A stretch of 64,000 nt of DNA from a bacterium (lineage in GTDB: Bacteria > Krumholzibacteriota > Krumholzibacteriia > G020349025): contig JANLSU010000058.1 of NCBI GenBank assembly GCA_031362565.1, forward strand, positions 1-64,000. Reading direction: 5' to 3'. Each line of letters opens with the position of its first letter. Position 1 is the first letter of the stretch. Below the pieces are notes generated by a model. It did no database searches, was not told the origin of the DNA, and saw only the letters and a program-made list of their open reading frames with translations. A program made the translations under genes and the position numbers. Of this stretch, positions 29,541 through 40,241 are shown one piece after another.

Positions 29541-29769
29541 CGTGCCTCCTTTGCTCAGGGGAGAGTACACTGACCCGCGGCGCGTCTCTTGCACGGGACG
29601 GGATGTCCGCCCACGGGGACAGCGCCGTTCTCTCTCCCGCCGCGGCCCCGAACGGTTTTTGCGCCGTTTCCAGAGCCGCGTCGCGAGACAGAACGAGAAC
29701 GAGTGCCCACAGCGCCGCTCGCTCCTATACTGACCATGCAACGAGTGTTCCTCAAGAGCGGAGATGTGA

Positions 29770-31542
29770 ATGCGGAGAGGCAACGTTTGGATTGGAGTCG
29801 CGCTGTGCCTCGCCTGGAACGTTGGATGTGGACCGCCGCCGAAGGCTGGCGCGCCGGATCCGGAGTCTTCGGCGATGAGCCCCGAGGAACTGGCGGCCGA
29901 ATATCACGCCGCGGCGCGCGCCGCGCACGCGCGCGCCGTGTTCCACGCCGCGCAAGGTGATGTGCCCGGAGCGCTCGCGGAAGAGGCCCAAGCCGTGCGG
30001 CTGGCTCCGAGTGATCCGGAATTGCGCCTCGCCTATGCTCAACGTTTGGCCGAGATCGGGCGGGTGCGCGATGCAGAAGCTTTTCTGCGCGGGGCGTCTG
30101 AACGCTTCGGCCCGACGCCCGGCGAGCAGTTGCTGACGGCGCGGCTCGATTTCCTGGCGGGACGCCTGGACGCGGCCGAACGTGGCGCAAAAGCCGCACT
30201 GGCCGCTGATTCCAGTCGTGCCGAGGCCTGGGAACTGCGCGGCCGCATCGCGCTGCAGCACGATCAGCCTGAAACCGCCCTCGACGCCCTCGAACACGCC
30301 GCCGCGCTCGGCGCCGATGCGGCGGATCTCGACGAACTCCGCGCCGCCTGCGAAGCCAAGCTCGGTCGCTCGGAAGCCGCCGCCCAAAGGCTCGAACGGG
30401 TCTTGGATGCCGATCCCGGACGCCTCGAAGCCCGCCGCGCACTGGCGACGATTCTGCGTCAATTGGGCCGCACCACCGACGCCCGCACCCTGCTGCGCCA
30501 GGCACTCGAGGTCGCGCCCGACGATCCCGACGCCGTCGAACTGGCGCTCGAGAGTTTTGTCGAGGCCGGTGATCTGGACGGCGCCGCCAACATGCTGGCG
30601 CCGTACTATCGCAGCGGGTCCCTCGGACCGCGCCTGCAATACCTCTATGGGCGAGTCCTCCTGCAGCAAGATCACTGGTCGGCAGCCGATTCGGTTTTGC
30701 GTCCACTGGCAACCCTCGAGGGCGTGCGCGGCATCGAATCGCTGCTCGGCGATATCGCGGTGCGCGCCGGGCACACCGCCGAAGCGCGGGCGCACTATCG
30801 ACGCGCCATCGATCAGCAACCGGGCGACTGCACACCGGCGGCGAGCCTGGCGCTGCTCGTGGTGCAGGAACAGCGGCGTATTCGCGACGCCGGCGGGACG
30901 CCTTCGGACTCGTTGCAGACGGAGTTCGATGCGGCATTGAAAACCGCTGAGCGCGGCGCCGGCGAACGCGACTACCGTTGCCATCTCTTGCTCGGACTCG
31001 CATACACGAGCGCGCGACGTTTTGCCGACGCGCTGCCGCATCTCGAGGCGACGCTCGAATTGGATCCGGACGATGCGGACGCGATGTTCAACCTGGCGAT
31101 GGCGCACCAAGAACTGGGTCACTACGACCAGGCACTCGCACTTGCGCGCCAGCTCTTGGAACGGCACCCGGACAACGCGGCGGCGATGAATTTCGTCGGC
31201 TATGCGCTCGCCGAACGCGGCAGCGATTTGCAGACCGGCGAACGTCTCATTCGCGCCGCGTTGGTGAAAGAGCCCAACAACGGCTATTTCGTGGACAGCC
31301 TGGGGTGGGTGTTGTATCAAAAAGGCGAGTTTCGCGCTGCCGCCGCCGCTCTCGAGCGCGCCGTACGGCTGCTGAAGGAGCACGACGCGCTCGTTCTCGA
31401 ACACCTGGGGGATGCGTACGTTCGCATCGGTCGCTTCGAAGCCGCGAAGCGCGCCTATCAGAAATCGCACGATCTCGATACGAGCCGCGCCGCACTCACC
31501 GAAAAACTCGCCGACGTGGAGTCCCACCTTCAAAAACATTGA
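29770..31542 (+). CDS. TPR-repeat lipoprotein
   Basis: Lipobox VGC; many TPRs; NFVGYALAERG...DSLGWVLYQKG...EHLGDAY. Confidence 0.88.
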   Translation: MRRGNVWIGVALCLAWNVGCGPPPKAGAPDPESSAMSPEELAAEYHAAARAAHARAVFHAAQGDVPGALAEEAQAVRLAPSDPELRLAYAQRLAEIGRVRDAEAFLRGASERFGPTPGEQLLTARLDFLAGRLDAAERGAKAALAADSSRAEAWELRGRIALQHDQPETALDALEHAAALGADAADLDELRAACEAKLGRSEAAAQRLERVLDADPGRLEARRALATILRQLGRTTDARTLLRQALEVAPDDPDAVELALESFVEAGDLDGAANMLAPYYRSGSLGPRLQYLYGRVLLQQDHWSAADSVLRPLATLEGVRGIESLLGDIAVRAGHTAEARAHYRRAIDQQPGDCTPAASLALLVVQEQRRIRDAGGTPSDSLQTEFDAALKTAERGAGERDYRCHLLLGLAYTSARRFADALPHLEATLELDPDDADAMFNLAMAHQELGHYDQALALARQLLERHPDNAAAMNFVGYALAERGSDLQTGERLIRAALVKEPNNGYFVDSLGWVLYQKGEFRAAAAALERAVRLLKEHDALVLEHLGDAYVRIGRFEAAKRAYQKSHDLDTSRAALTEKLADVESHLQKH

Positions 31543-31552
31543 ACGCACTCTG

Positions 31553-32287
31553 ATGTGTCTGGTGCTTCTCGCCGCCAGCTGCGGACCGGCGCCGCGCGGT
31601 TCCGGCGCCGGCTCGATCCCGTCCGGCACGGCAGGGTGGAGTGCGACGGCGCCGCGTTTCGAAGCCACCGGCCGGGCCCGTTTCACGCCGCGCGATGGCG
31701 CCGAGATCGACGGCCGGGTGGCGGTCCGTGTCGACCCACCCGCACGCGTCTGGGTCGAGATGCGCGGTTCAGCGGTGTTCGGACTCGTCGGCGACCGCCA
31801 GGTCTTGGCGGCGCCCGGTGACGGCTGGCTTGTGACCCTGCAGGACCGCGGTGACCGGCTCGAGCGCTTGCCGTTCGAGCAGACCTGGGCGGCGGATTTG
31901 GCGCCGGCGGGGTCCCTGGCGGAGATCCTCCAGATGGCCTGTGGCCGCCTGCCGTGGCCGCCACCCGCCTCTATGGTGCCGCCGGGGCTCCCGGGCGGCA
32001 CGGACGTTCTCGAGTACGACCTGCCGGCGCCGGCTCGGGGGCGGCTCCGGCTCCTGCCCCAGGACGGGCGGCTGGCGCGTCTGGAGTGGTGGGTCGGCGG
32101 CACCCTGCAGGTGGGGCTCGACTATGATCGCTACGTGGCGTGCGGCGCCGCATGGTTGCCGTCCCGGGTGCGGATCGTGGCGCCCGGTTCCGGGGTGCGC
32201 GCCGAGATCCAGTTCGATCACGTGATGGCGCGGGACTCGTTCAGCACGGTGGATTTCGAAGTCGACGGGAACCTCGAAGGGCGGTGA
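31553..32287 (+). CDS. LolB/DUF4292-like lipoprotein
   Basis: Lipobox AASC; beta-rich body; follows the TPR gene; start approximate. Confidence 0.55.
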   Translation: MCLVLLAASCGPAPRGSGAGSIPSGTAGWSATAPRFEATGRARFTPRDGAEIDGRVAVRVDPPARVWVEMRGSAVFGLVGDRQVLAAPGDGWLVTLQDRGDRLERLPFEQTWAADLAPAGSLAEILQMACGRLPWPPPASMVPPGLPGGTDVLEYDLPAPARGRLRLLPQDGRLARLEWWVGGTLQVGLDYDRYVACGAAWLPSRVRIVAPGSGVRAEIQFDHVMARDSFSTVDFEVDGNLEGR

Positions 32288-32297
32288 GGGGTAACAC

Positions 32298-32972
32298 GTG
32301 TCGGACGAAGGAGAGACGCAGCCGGGAGTGCCAATGCAGCCGATGAGCGCCCTGCGGCCCGCGCCGCATCTCCAAGACCTCACCGATGAGACCCTCATGG
32401 AGGTCTTGGTCGCCGGGGATCGAGCCGCGTTCGATGTGCTCGTGCACCGCCACAAGGCACGCCTCTACAGCTACCTCTTGCGGCTGATGCGCGATCCGAC
32501 GGACGCCGAGGAAGTCGCTCAAGAAGCGTTCGTACGCGCCTACGTGCACGCGGACAAGTACCGGAACATCGCCAAGTTCACGACCTGGCTGTACACGATC
32601 GCCACGAACTTGGTGCGCAACCGGATTCGCAAGACCCGCAGCACGCCGAAGCTGTTGTCACTGCAGTGGGGCCGTGGTGAGGAAGACGACAACGACCGCG
32701 AAACGATCGATCTGCCGGATCCGCGTGACTTGCCGGACCGCGTGCTCGAGAAGTCGGAATTGCAGACGATCGTCGCGGATGGCATCGAACGAATTCCGGC
32801 GCGCTATCGTGAAGCGTTCGTGCTGCGCGAAGTGAATCATTTCACGTACGAAGAAATCGCCGCGATTACCGGCCTCAAGCTCGGTACGGTGCGGTCGCGT
32901 ATCAACCGCGGCCGGGCCCACTTTCGCGACGTCATGGAACCGCAACTGAAGCGCCTGCGGGCGCGCGGCTGA
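32298..32972 (+). CDS. ECF RNA polymerase sigma factor
   Basis: DAEEVAQEAF, FTTWLYTIA.N, YEEIAAITGLKLGTVRSRINRGR. Confidence 0.93.
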   Translation: MSDEGETQPGVPMQPMSALRPAPHLQDLTDETLMEVLVAGDRAAFDVLVHRHKARLYSYLLRLMRDPTDAEEVAQEAFVRAYVHADKYRNIAKFTTWLYTIATNLVRNRIRKTRSTPKLLSLQWGRGEEDDNDRETIDLPDPRDLPDRVLEKSELQTIVADGIERIPARYREAFVLREVNHFTYEEIAAITGLKLGTVRSRINRGRAHFRDVMEPQLKRLRARG

Positions 32973-32996
32973 GACCGTCTACGGCGAAGGAGGAAC

Positions 32997-33578
32997 GTGA
33001 GCATGCGGTGTGGTAAAGCGCAAGAGTGGTTGCGGATGCGGGACGACGAGCCACGGAGCGTGGCGGACCAGCGGCGTCTCGCGACCCATATGACGGAGTG
33101 CGCCCCGTGTGCAGCGTACGGGCGCGACTTGGAACAGCTCACCCAACTCGTGGCGGCCGGTCCGTGCGAGGAGCCTTCCGCCAGTTTCGATTGGCGGCTC
33201 AAGCTGCAGCTCGCGAAGGCGGAGCGCGGCGAACTACTGGAGACAACCGCGGTGGCGCCCGCTCCGTGGCGCGCCAGGCTGCAATTCGGCGGTGCAATGG
33301 CGATCGCCGCGGCCATCGTCGTCAGCCTTGGACTCGCCACCCTGCGTCACAGCGCCACCCAAACGTCGACAACGCTGGCCCGCGGGGTGCCGATCGAGGC
33401 CGGCGGCCTCGTGACTCCAGTACGCGATCCAGGTCCCGGCGCCGGCACGGCGGCGAATACCCTGGTGCGGGTGCCTTACGCTCCGCACCGGTACTTCCTC
33501 GACGAAGCACCGGCGCACACGACCGCGCGCGCCGATAGCGGGCCCAGCGCCCAGGACTTCCCGCCCGCCGCACACTGA
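32997..33578 (+). CDS. Zinc-binding (zf-HC2) membrane anti-sigma factor
   Basis: C...HMTECAPC (HxxxCxxC), one TM; follows the ECF sigma. Confidence 0.85.
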   Translation: MSMRCGKAQEWLRMRDDEPRSVADQRRLATHMTECAPCAAYGRDLEQLTQLVAAGPCEEPSASFDWRLKLQLAKAERGELLETTAVAPAPWRARLQFGGAMAIAAAIVVSLGLATLRHSATQTSTTLARGVPIEAGGLVTPVRDPGPGAGTAANTLVRVPYAPHRYFLDEAPAHTTARADSGPSAQDFPPAAH

Positions 33579-33859
33579 GGGACGCGCGCCGCGGCAACGG
33601 CACGCATCGCCACACGCCGGTGTGATCGGGTGCCGGAGAGCCCCAAGGATCCGGCGGCCGCACTGCAAAATCATCCCGCCTGTCGTCGTACGCCGCGAAG
33701 CGATCCCGCCGGGGGTGCGTTCGAGACGGACTTCGTCTACGATCCCGGCCGCCCGCGCCGGTCCGAGTTTCAACGTTTGTCAGTGCGCCGGGCAAAGGTC
33801 CGCAGGGCCGCAACGGCGCGCAATGCGCCCGCGGTTTCGACGTTCGCGATGGAGGCGCC

Positions 33860-35011
33860 GTGAAGACGTGGCGGATTCCCGTCGACCTCGGGGCGCGCTC
33901 GTACGATGTGCGCGTCAGCCCGCAAGGCGCGGAGTACATCGCCGCGGCACTGTCGCGTCTCACCGGCGACTGGTGCGTGGTCACCGATACGCACGTCGCC
34001 CGCGCGGTATGGCCGGGCGTGGCGCGGGAACTGCGCCGGCGGGGTTTCGCGCCACCGCGACCGATCGTCATCCCGGCGGGGGAACGGCACAAGCGCCTGA
34101 TGACGGTCGAACGGGTGCAGCGTGCACTCTTGCGGCGCGGCGCCGATCGTTCGACTTGCGTCATCGCCCTGGGCGGTGGAGTCGTCGGCGATCTGGCGGG
34201 ATTTGCCGCCGCCACCTACATGCGCGGCATCGATTGGATCGCGGCACCGACCAGCTTGCTCGCGATGGTCGATGCGGCCGTGGGCGGCAAGGTCGGCGTC
34301 AATCTCGCCCTGACGAAGAACGCCAGCGGGGCATTTCATCAGCCGCGGGCGGTGTGGGCGGCCACCGGGTTGCTGCGCACATTGCCCGGCCGCGAGCGCC
34401 GGAGTGGTCTGGGTGAGGTGGTGAAGTACGGCATGATCGCCGACCCGCAACTGTTCCGAACCTTGGAACGTGAGGCGCGCGCGTGGCAGAGGCCCCGCCC
34501 CGCCGCCGATGCCGCGCTCGTGGCGCGCTGCGTGCGAATCAAGGCGCGCTTCGTGGCGGCGGACGAGCGTGAAGGTGGAATGCGCGCCGCCCTCAACTTC
34601 GGTCACACCGTCGGACATGCGCTCGAAGGGGACGGGAATCGCGGCTTGCGGCATGGCGAGGCGGTCGGGCTCGGCATGCTGGCGGCGAGCGCCGTCGCGG
34701 CGCGGCTTGGGATTGCCGGCGCGGGGCAACGCCAGCGGCTTGCCGAACTGCTCGCGGCACTCGGACTGCCGACGTGCGTCGAGCGCCGCGTGCCGGTTGC
34801 CGTGCTGCGCAATGCATGGCGGCGCGACAAGAAATCGCGGCGCGGCGCGCCGAGATTCGTATTGACTCCGGACATCGGGACTGTTAGCGTTGGTCACCAT
34901 GTTCCGGACGAAATTATCGTCCTTGCGCTGCAGGGAATCCTCGACCCGCAAGCTCCCGCAACGAGATCACGACTTCGGCGAGCTTCTCGACGCAGCGCCG
35001 TTCCGAGGTAA
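33860..35011 (+). CDS. aroB: 3-dehydroquinate synthase
   Basis: ALGGGVVGDLAGF, DAAVGGKVGVN, LNFGHTVGHALE, HGEAV. Confidence 0.96.
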   Translation: MKTWRIPVDLGARSYDVRVSPQGAEYIAAALSRLTGDWCVVTDTHVARAVWPGVARELRRRGFAPPRPIVIPAGERHKRLMTVERVQRALLRRGADRSTCVIALGGGVVGDLAGFAAATYMRGIDWIAAPTSLLAMVDAAVGGKVGVNLALTKNASGAFHQPRAVWAATGLLRTLPGRERRSGLGEVVKYGMIADPQLFRTLEREARAWQRPRPAADAALVARCVRIKARFVAADEREGGMRAALNFGHTVGHALEGDGNRGLRHGEAVGLGMLAASAVAARLGIAGAGQRQRLAELLAALGLPTCVERRVPVAVLRNAWRRDKKSRRGAPRFVLTPDIGTVSVGHHVPDEIIVLALQGILDPQAPATRSRLRRASRRSAVPR

Positions 35012-35014
35012 GCG

Positions 35015-36493
35015 ATGAACGACACACCACAGGCCCGCGCCGACGTGGAACGATTGCTGGCGCATTACAACCTGGCTCCCGAGTCGCGCGCATTTGCACC
35101 GCTGGCGGACGCCTATCGCACCGCCGGTCGTTTGGATGAAGCGGTTCGCGTTCTCCAAACCGGACTCAGCCGCCACCCGCGGTACGTCTCGGCGTTCGTT
35201 CTGCTGGGATTTTGTCAGCGCGACCTGCACCAGGAGGACGCGGCCGAATCCACATTCGCGCGGGTTCTCGAATTGGATCCCGACAATTTGATCGCGTTGC
35301 GTTACCGCGCTGAATGCGCCCGCCGGCGCGGCGTGCTGGAGCGCGCCGTCGAGTATTTGCGCCGCGCGCTCGAACTTGATCCGTTCGATCGCGACGTGCA
35401 GGCCGACCTTGGGCTCGTCACCACGGCACTCGAGCGCCAGACGCGCGAGCGCGCCGCGCCCGATTGGCCGCCGGGCGCGCGTGTCGAGCGCCGCGATCCC
35501 GATCCGTTCAGCGTCGAACCTGCGGCACCCGCGACCGTGCACCCGTTGCCGTTCGAGCCGGCCGCCTTTCCCGCCGCGCCGCCGATTGCGACTCCCGCCG
35601 CATCCGTGGCGGCGATTCCGGCGGCGCCCGAACCCGAATCCGAACCGGTGCCGCAGTCCGGCGTGCGGCGCGGTGCGATCGAGCCGCCGTTGATCGACTT
35701 GCGCCGCGTCGGGCGCCCCGAAGCGGCGCCCGAATCCGCAGCGGTGTCCGAGCCCGAGCCCCGAACCGTGGAGCCGCCGGCGACGGCGCGCCCGGCGGGG
35801 GATCGACCGGCCTGGCACTTCACCCGCCAAGAAGACCGCATCGTCGTCGTGCCGACCGACGCTCCGGTGCGCGGCCCGATTCGGTCGGTCGAGGATCGAT
35901 TGTTTTCGACGCAACGGGCCTTTTCGCCGCTGCCCGATGTCGAACCGCCGGTCGCGAGCGGGCCGCCGGAGGGACCAACTCCTGTGGGTGGCGAGAAAGA
36001 ATTTGCCACCCGCACCCTGGCGCGGATCTACGAATCGCAGGGCTATTTCGACAAAGCGTTGCTCATTTACGAGGAGTTGCACCGCCAGCATCCCGAGGAT
36101 CGCGACATCGCGGATCGACGTGCGGCGTTGCAGCGCGGGCCGGCGAGCCCGGCCGAGACGCCGCCACCACGACCGACTCTGCCGCCGGCCGAAGCCCAAC
36201 GCGAACCGGCCGAGGACGAACAGGGCGTCGCATGGCGCCTGTTGGACACGGGCGATCCGGCCCATCCGCAGCACACGGCGTCACGGCTGCGGCGCGTCGC
36301 CGAAGATGCTCGCGAACGTGATCAGGCGCGCCGCCACACGATCGTCGGAACGCCGCCAGTCGAATCACCGCCGGCGCCAGCACCCACGCCGGCGTCTTTT
36401 GCCCCGCCACTACTCGCACCGGCCGAAGATCTGGGCCGCGGGCATCAAGACTTCGATCGATTTCTGACCTATTTGCGTTCACTCAAGCCGTGA
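35015..36493 (+). CDS. TPR protein with Pro-rich linker
   Basis: N-terminal TPRs (SRAFAPLADAYR), ATRTLARIYESQG motif. Confidence 0.8.
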   Translation: MNDTPQARADVERLLAHYNLAPESRAFAPLADAYRTAGRLDEAVRVLQTGLSRHPRYVSAFVLLGFCQRDLHQEDAAESTFARVLELDPDNLIALRYRAECARRRGVLERAVEYLRRALELDPFDRDVQADLGLVTTALERQTRERAAPDWPPGARVERRDPDPFSVEPAAPATVHPLPFEPAAFPAAPPIATPAASVAAIPAAPEPESEPVPQSGVRRGAIEPPLIDLRRVGRPEAAPESAAVSEPEPRTVEPPATARPAGDRPAWHFTRQEDRIVVVPTDAPVRGPIRSVEDRLFSTQRAFSPLPDVEPPVASGPPEGPTPVGGEKEFATRTLARIYESQGYFDKALLIYEELHRQHPEDRDIADRRAALQRGPASPAETPPPRPTLPPAEAQREPAEDEQGVAWRLLDTGDPAHPQHTASRLRRVAEDARERDQARRHTIVGTPPVESPPAPAPTPASFAPPLLAPAEDLGRGHQDFDRFLTYLRSLKP

Positions 36494-36954
36494 GGCAAAC
36501 GCCGATGCACGTGCTGGTGATGAACGGTCCCAATTTGAATTTGCTCGGCGAGCGCCAGCCGGAACTGTACGGCCGCGACACGCTCGCGACGATCGAGGCG
36601 CGCTTGCGCGAGCTGGCACAGGCGTTCGATGATCTGCAGTTGACGTTCTTTCAATCCAATTCCGAAGGGGCGTTAATCGACACCCTGCACGGTGCGGGCC
36701 GTGCCGCCGGCGGCATCGTGATCAATCCCGGTGGCCTCGGCCACACGAGCGTGGCGCTCCGCGATGCAGTCGCGGCGATCGGCGTCGCGACGATCGAAGT
36801 CCACCTGACGAACATTCACGCCCGCGAACCGTTTCGGCGCCGTTCCTTGCTCGCCGGAGCATGTGTCGGCAGCATCTGCGGCCTCGGTGCCCTTGGCTAC
36901 GAGTTGGCTCTGCGCGCTCTCGCCGCGCGGGCGGGCGGCGCGGCGATTTCCTGA
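36490..36954 (+). CDS. aroQ: Type II 3-dehydroquinate dehydratase
   Basis: NGPNLNLLGERQPELYG, QSNSEG, EVHLTNIHARE. Confidence 0.96.
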   Translation: MRQTPMHVLVMNGPNLNLLGERQPELYGRDTLATIEARLRELAQAFDDLQLTFFQSNSEGALIDTLHGAGRAAGGIVINPGGLGHTSVALRDAVAAIGVATIEVHLTNIHAREPFRRRSLLAGACVGSICGLGALGYELALRALAARAGGAAIS

Positions 36955-37041
36955 GAGGCGTTGCCGCCCGGTCGCCGGGTGTGGTACACCCCAGCGATTC
37001 GCGGCCCTCTTCCCGAGGGTCCAAGGGGCGGGGGCCCATCC

Positions 37042-37518
37042 ATGCGCGATGCACGCATCGAATACTTGATCCACCTGGTGGAGAAGAGCGACATCGTGGA
37101 ACTCGAAATCCACGAGGGTTGGGGCCGCCGCATTCGCATTCTCCGCAAGTTCGCGGCGCCGGCGGCGCATTCCGCCGCGCCGTCCGCCATGGCGGCGCAT
37201 GCGCCGGCTCCGGCCGCCGCGAACCCCGGAGCCGCCGACGAGCAGCCGCGCCCGGCCCCCGAGGATGACCCGAATTTGATCAAAGTCGTGTCGCCGATGG
37301 TCGGCATGTTCTACCGCGGCTCATCGCCCGAAGTGCCGCCGTTCGTCGAAGTGGGCAGTCAAGTCGCGCCCGGGCAGACGCTGTGCATCATTGAAGCGAT
37401 GAAGCTCATGAACGAAATCGCCGCCGAGACGACCGGCAGCGTGCGGAAAATCCTCGTCGAAAACGGCCAGCCGGTCGAATTCGGGCAAACCCTCTTCCTG
37501 CTCGAAAAAACCAACTGA
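37042..37518 (+). CDS. accB: Acetyl-CoA carboxylase biotin carboxyl carrier protein
   Basis: [23 protein letters not shown]. Confidence 0.96.
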   Translation: MRDARIEYLIHLVEKSDIVELEIHEGWGRRIRILRKFAAPAAHSAAPSAMAAHAPAPAAANPGAADEQPRPAPEDDPNLIKVVSPMVGMFYRGSSPEVPPFVEVGSQVAPGQTLCIIEAMKLMNEIAAETTGSVRKILVENGQPVEFGQTLFLLEKTN

Positions 37519-37670
37519 ATTTCGCATCGCACTCCTTTGACCGGCGCGGACCGTGAGGCCGTGCCGGCGGCGTGGCGCGTTTCCAGGGCGCCTTGCTGGT
37601 GAGGATCTTGCACCGTCCGAAGCCGTGCACGCCGCCGCGGTGCCGCGGCGTGGACGATGGGGGTTTCCCG

Positions 37671-38804
37671 TTGAACGTCCGGTCGATCCTGCAGCAGATG
37701 GTGTCGCTTGGCGCCTCGGACTTGCACGTCAAGGCAGGCATCCCGCCGCTCGCCCGAGTGCACGGACTCCTGACGGCGCTCGACGTGCCGGCACCCACGC
37801 CGCGCGAACTCGAGGAAGTGGCACAACAGATTCTGACCCCCGTGCAGCGCGATCAGTTCGAGACCACGCGTGAGGTCGACTTCGCGTTCGGCGTGGCGGG
37901 ACTGGCGCGGTTTCGCGCCAATTTCTTCGTGCAGCGGGGCTCCATCTCCATGGTGTTCCGGCACGTGCCGACCGAAATTCAAGCGCTCGAGCATCTCGGC
38001 TTGCCGCCTGTCGTCGAGGAACTCGCATCGAAGCCGCGCGGCCTCATCCTGGTGACCGGCACGGTCGGCAGCGGTAAATCGACGACCCTCGCGGCGATCA
38101 TTCACCGCATCAACTGCACGATGCCCATGAACATCATTACGATCGAAGATCCGATCGAGTTCCTGCACCGCGATCAGCAGGCGCTCATCCAGCAGCGCGA
38201 GGTCGGCAGCGACACCGCATCCTTCCAAGCGGCGCTGCGTCACATCCTGCGGCAGGATCCGGATGTGATCATGATCGGCGAAATCCGCGACAAAGAAACC
38301 ATGGACATCGCCTTGACGGCGGCCGACACCGGCCACCTCGTGCTGTCGACATTGCACACGATCGACGCCACCCAGACGATGAATCGCGTCATCTCGTTCT
38401 TCGAGCCGCACCAGCACCAGGAGATCCGCTACTTGCTGGCCTCGACTCTGGCCGGCGTGATCTCGCAGCGCTTGATTCGCACCGCCGATGGCCAGGGCCG
38501 CGTTGCGGCCGTCGAGGTCATGGTGTCGACGAGCAGTATCCGCGAATACATCAAGGATCCGGAGAAGACGCCGCTGATCCGCCAGGCGATTCAGGAAGGC
38601 GTCATCCAGTACGGCATGCAGACGTTCGACCAGGCGCTGATGAAGCTCGTGCAGGAGGCCCGCATCACGCGGGACGAGGCGCTGCGCGTCAGTACGAATC
38701 CGCACGAACTGGCGCTGCGCATGGGCGGCATTCAAGCCTCGAGCGACCAGTCCTGGAACCGCTTCGAGAAGGGCGAGACGTCGGCCGCCAAGGCGCCCTT
38801 CTGA
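37671..38804 (+). CDS. pilT: Type IV pilus retraction ATPase PilT/PilU
   Basis: ASDLH, GTVGSGKSTT, TIEDPIE, LRQDPDVI, TGHLVLSTLHT, GMQTFDQ. Confidence 0.9.
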   Translation: MNVRSILQQMVSLGASDLHVKAGIPPLARVHGLLTALDVPAPTPRELEEVAQQILTPVQRDQFETTREVDFAFGVAGLARFRANFFVQRGSISMVFRHVPTEIQALEHLGLPPVVEELASKPRGLILVTGTVGSGKSTTLAAIIHRINCTMPMNIITIEDPIEFLHRDQQALIQQREVGSDTASFQAALRHILRQDPDVIMIGEIRDKETMDIALTAADTGHLVLSTLHTIDATQTMNRVISFFEPHQHQEIRYLLASTLAGVISQRLIRTADGQGRVAAVEVMVSTSSIREYIKDPEKTPLIRQAIQEGVIQYGMQTFDQALMKLVQEARITRDEALRVSTNPHELALRMGGIQASSDQSWNRFEKGETSAAKAPF

Positions 38805-38840
38805 CCGTTCCTCGCCAACGCCCCGCCAATCCACGGCCCG

Positions 38841-38851
38841 TGTGCTAGACT
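38841..38851 (+). promoter_or_regulatory. Extended -10 promoter, likely leaderless, for accC
   Basis: TGTGc-TAGACT, 7 nt, ATG 38859; no SD. Confidence 0.6.
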
Positions 38852-38858
38852 GCCGCGC

Positions 38859-40223
38859 ATGTTTCGTAAGATCCTGGTCGCGAACCGCGGCGAAATCGCC
38901 CTACGCATCATCCGAGCCTGCCGTGAACTCGGCATCGACACGGTGGCCGTGCATTCGGAAGCCGACGGCGACTCTTTGCACGTCAAATTCGCCGATGAGA
39001 GCGTTTGCATCGGCCCGAATCCGAGCGCCGACAGCTACCGCAAGATTCCCGCCTTGCTCGCCGCCGCCGAGATCACCGGCGCCGATGCCGTGCACCCGGG
39101 GTACGGTTTCCTGGCCGAGAACGCCCAATTCGCGTCGGTCGTCGAGTCGTGCGGCTTGACTTGGATCGGCCCGCGTCCGGACGTCATCCGCTCCATGGGC
39201 GACAAGTCGGAAGCCCGCAAACTCATGCGCGCCGCCGGCGTGCCGATCACGCCGGGAAGCGATCTGCTCGAAAATCCCAGCGACGCTCTGGCGGTCGCCC
39301 GGGAGATCGGCTATCCGGTCATCGTTAAAGCCGTCGCCGGCGGTGGTGGGCGCGGCATGCGCGTGGCGCAAGACGAGGATGAACTCTTAGGGGCGATTTC
39401 GACGGCACAAACCGAAGCCGAAGCGGCATTCGGCAATGCCGGCGTGTACGTCGAGAAATACCTCGTCAACCCGCGGCATGTCGAAATTCAGATCCTCGGC
39501 GACAAGCACGGCAACGTGATCCATCTTGGCGAGCGCGACTGCTCGACGCAGCGCCGCCACCAGAAGCTCATCGAGGAAGCGCCGTCGCCGGCGGTGGGGC
39601 CGGCGTTGCGCCAGCGCTTCGGCGATGTCGCGGTGCGCGGCGCTCAGAAGGTGCGCTACGACTCGGCCGGCACCATGGAGTTCCTGTTGGACGAGGACGG
39701 CTCGTTCTACTTCATGGAAATGAACACCCGCATCCAAGTGGAGCATCCGGTGACCGAGCTGGTCACCGGCGTCGACATCGTGAAAGAGCAGATCGCGATC
39801 GCGGCGGGCGAAAAACTCACGCTCCGCCAGTCGGATGTCGAATTTCGCGGCCACGCGATCGAAGTGCGGATCAATGCCGAGGATCCACTCGCCGGATTTC
39901 GTCCGTCGCCGGGCAAGGTCGAGTTCTTTCACATGCCCGGCGGCATCGGCGTCCGCATCGACTCGCATGTGTACCAGGGGTACACGATCAGCCCGTACTA
40001 CGATTCCCTGATCGCCAAGCTGCTGGTGCACGGCCGCGATCGCGCCGAAGCGGTCGCGCGCATGGACCGCGCCCTCTCGGAATGCCTCATCACCGGCATC
40101 AAGACCACGACCGAGTTCAGCCTCGATTTGATCCGTTCGGAAGACTTTCGCGCCGGCAAAGTCACGACGCGATTTCTCGAGCGCTTCCTCCAGACGTACC
40201 AGCCGAGTCCAACGGTCGTATAA
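38859..40223 (+). CDS. accC: Acetyl-CoA carboxylase biotin carboxylase
   Basis: [40 protein letters not shown]. Confidence 0.98.
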   Translation: MFRKILVANRGEIALRIIRACRELGIDTVAVHSEADGDSLHVKFADESVCIGPNPSADSYRKIPALLAAAEITGADAVHPGYGFLAENAQFASVVESCGLTWIGPRPDVIRSMGDKSEARKLMRAAGVPITPGSDLLENPSDALAVAREIGYPVIVKAVAGGGGRGMRVAQDEDELLGAISTAQTEAEAAFGNAGVYVEKYLVNPRHVEIQILGDKHGNVIHLGERDCSTQRRHQKLIEEAPSPAVGPALRQRFGDVAVRGAQKVRYDSAGTMEFLLDEDGSFYFMEMNTRIQVEHPVTELVTGVDIVKEQIAIAAGEKLTLRQSDVEFRGHAIEVRINAEDPLAGFRPSPGKVEFFHMPGGIGVRIDSHVYQGYTISPYYDSLIAKLLVHGRDRAEAVARMDRALSECLITGIKTTTEFSLDLIRSEDFRAGKVTTRFLERFLQTYQPSPTVV

Positions 40224-40241
40224 CCGCCGTCTGGATCGGTC

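Noticed and set aside
33579..33859. 280-bp gap before aroB: small ORF (33630-33863), aroK remnant or tmRNA-like GGTTTCGAC
   Set aside because: No Walker A or other protein signal and no tmRNA acceptor ends; only generic GC hairpins
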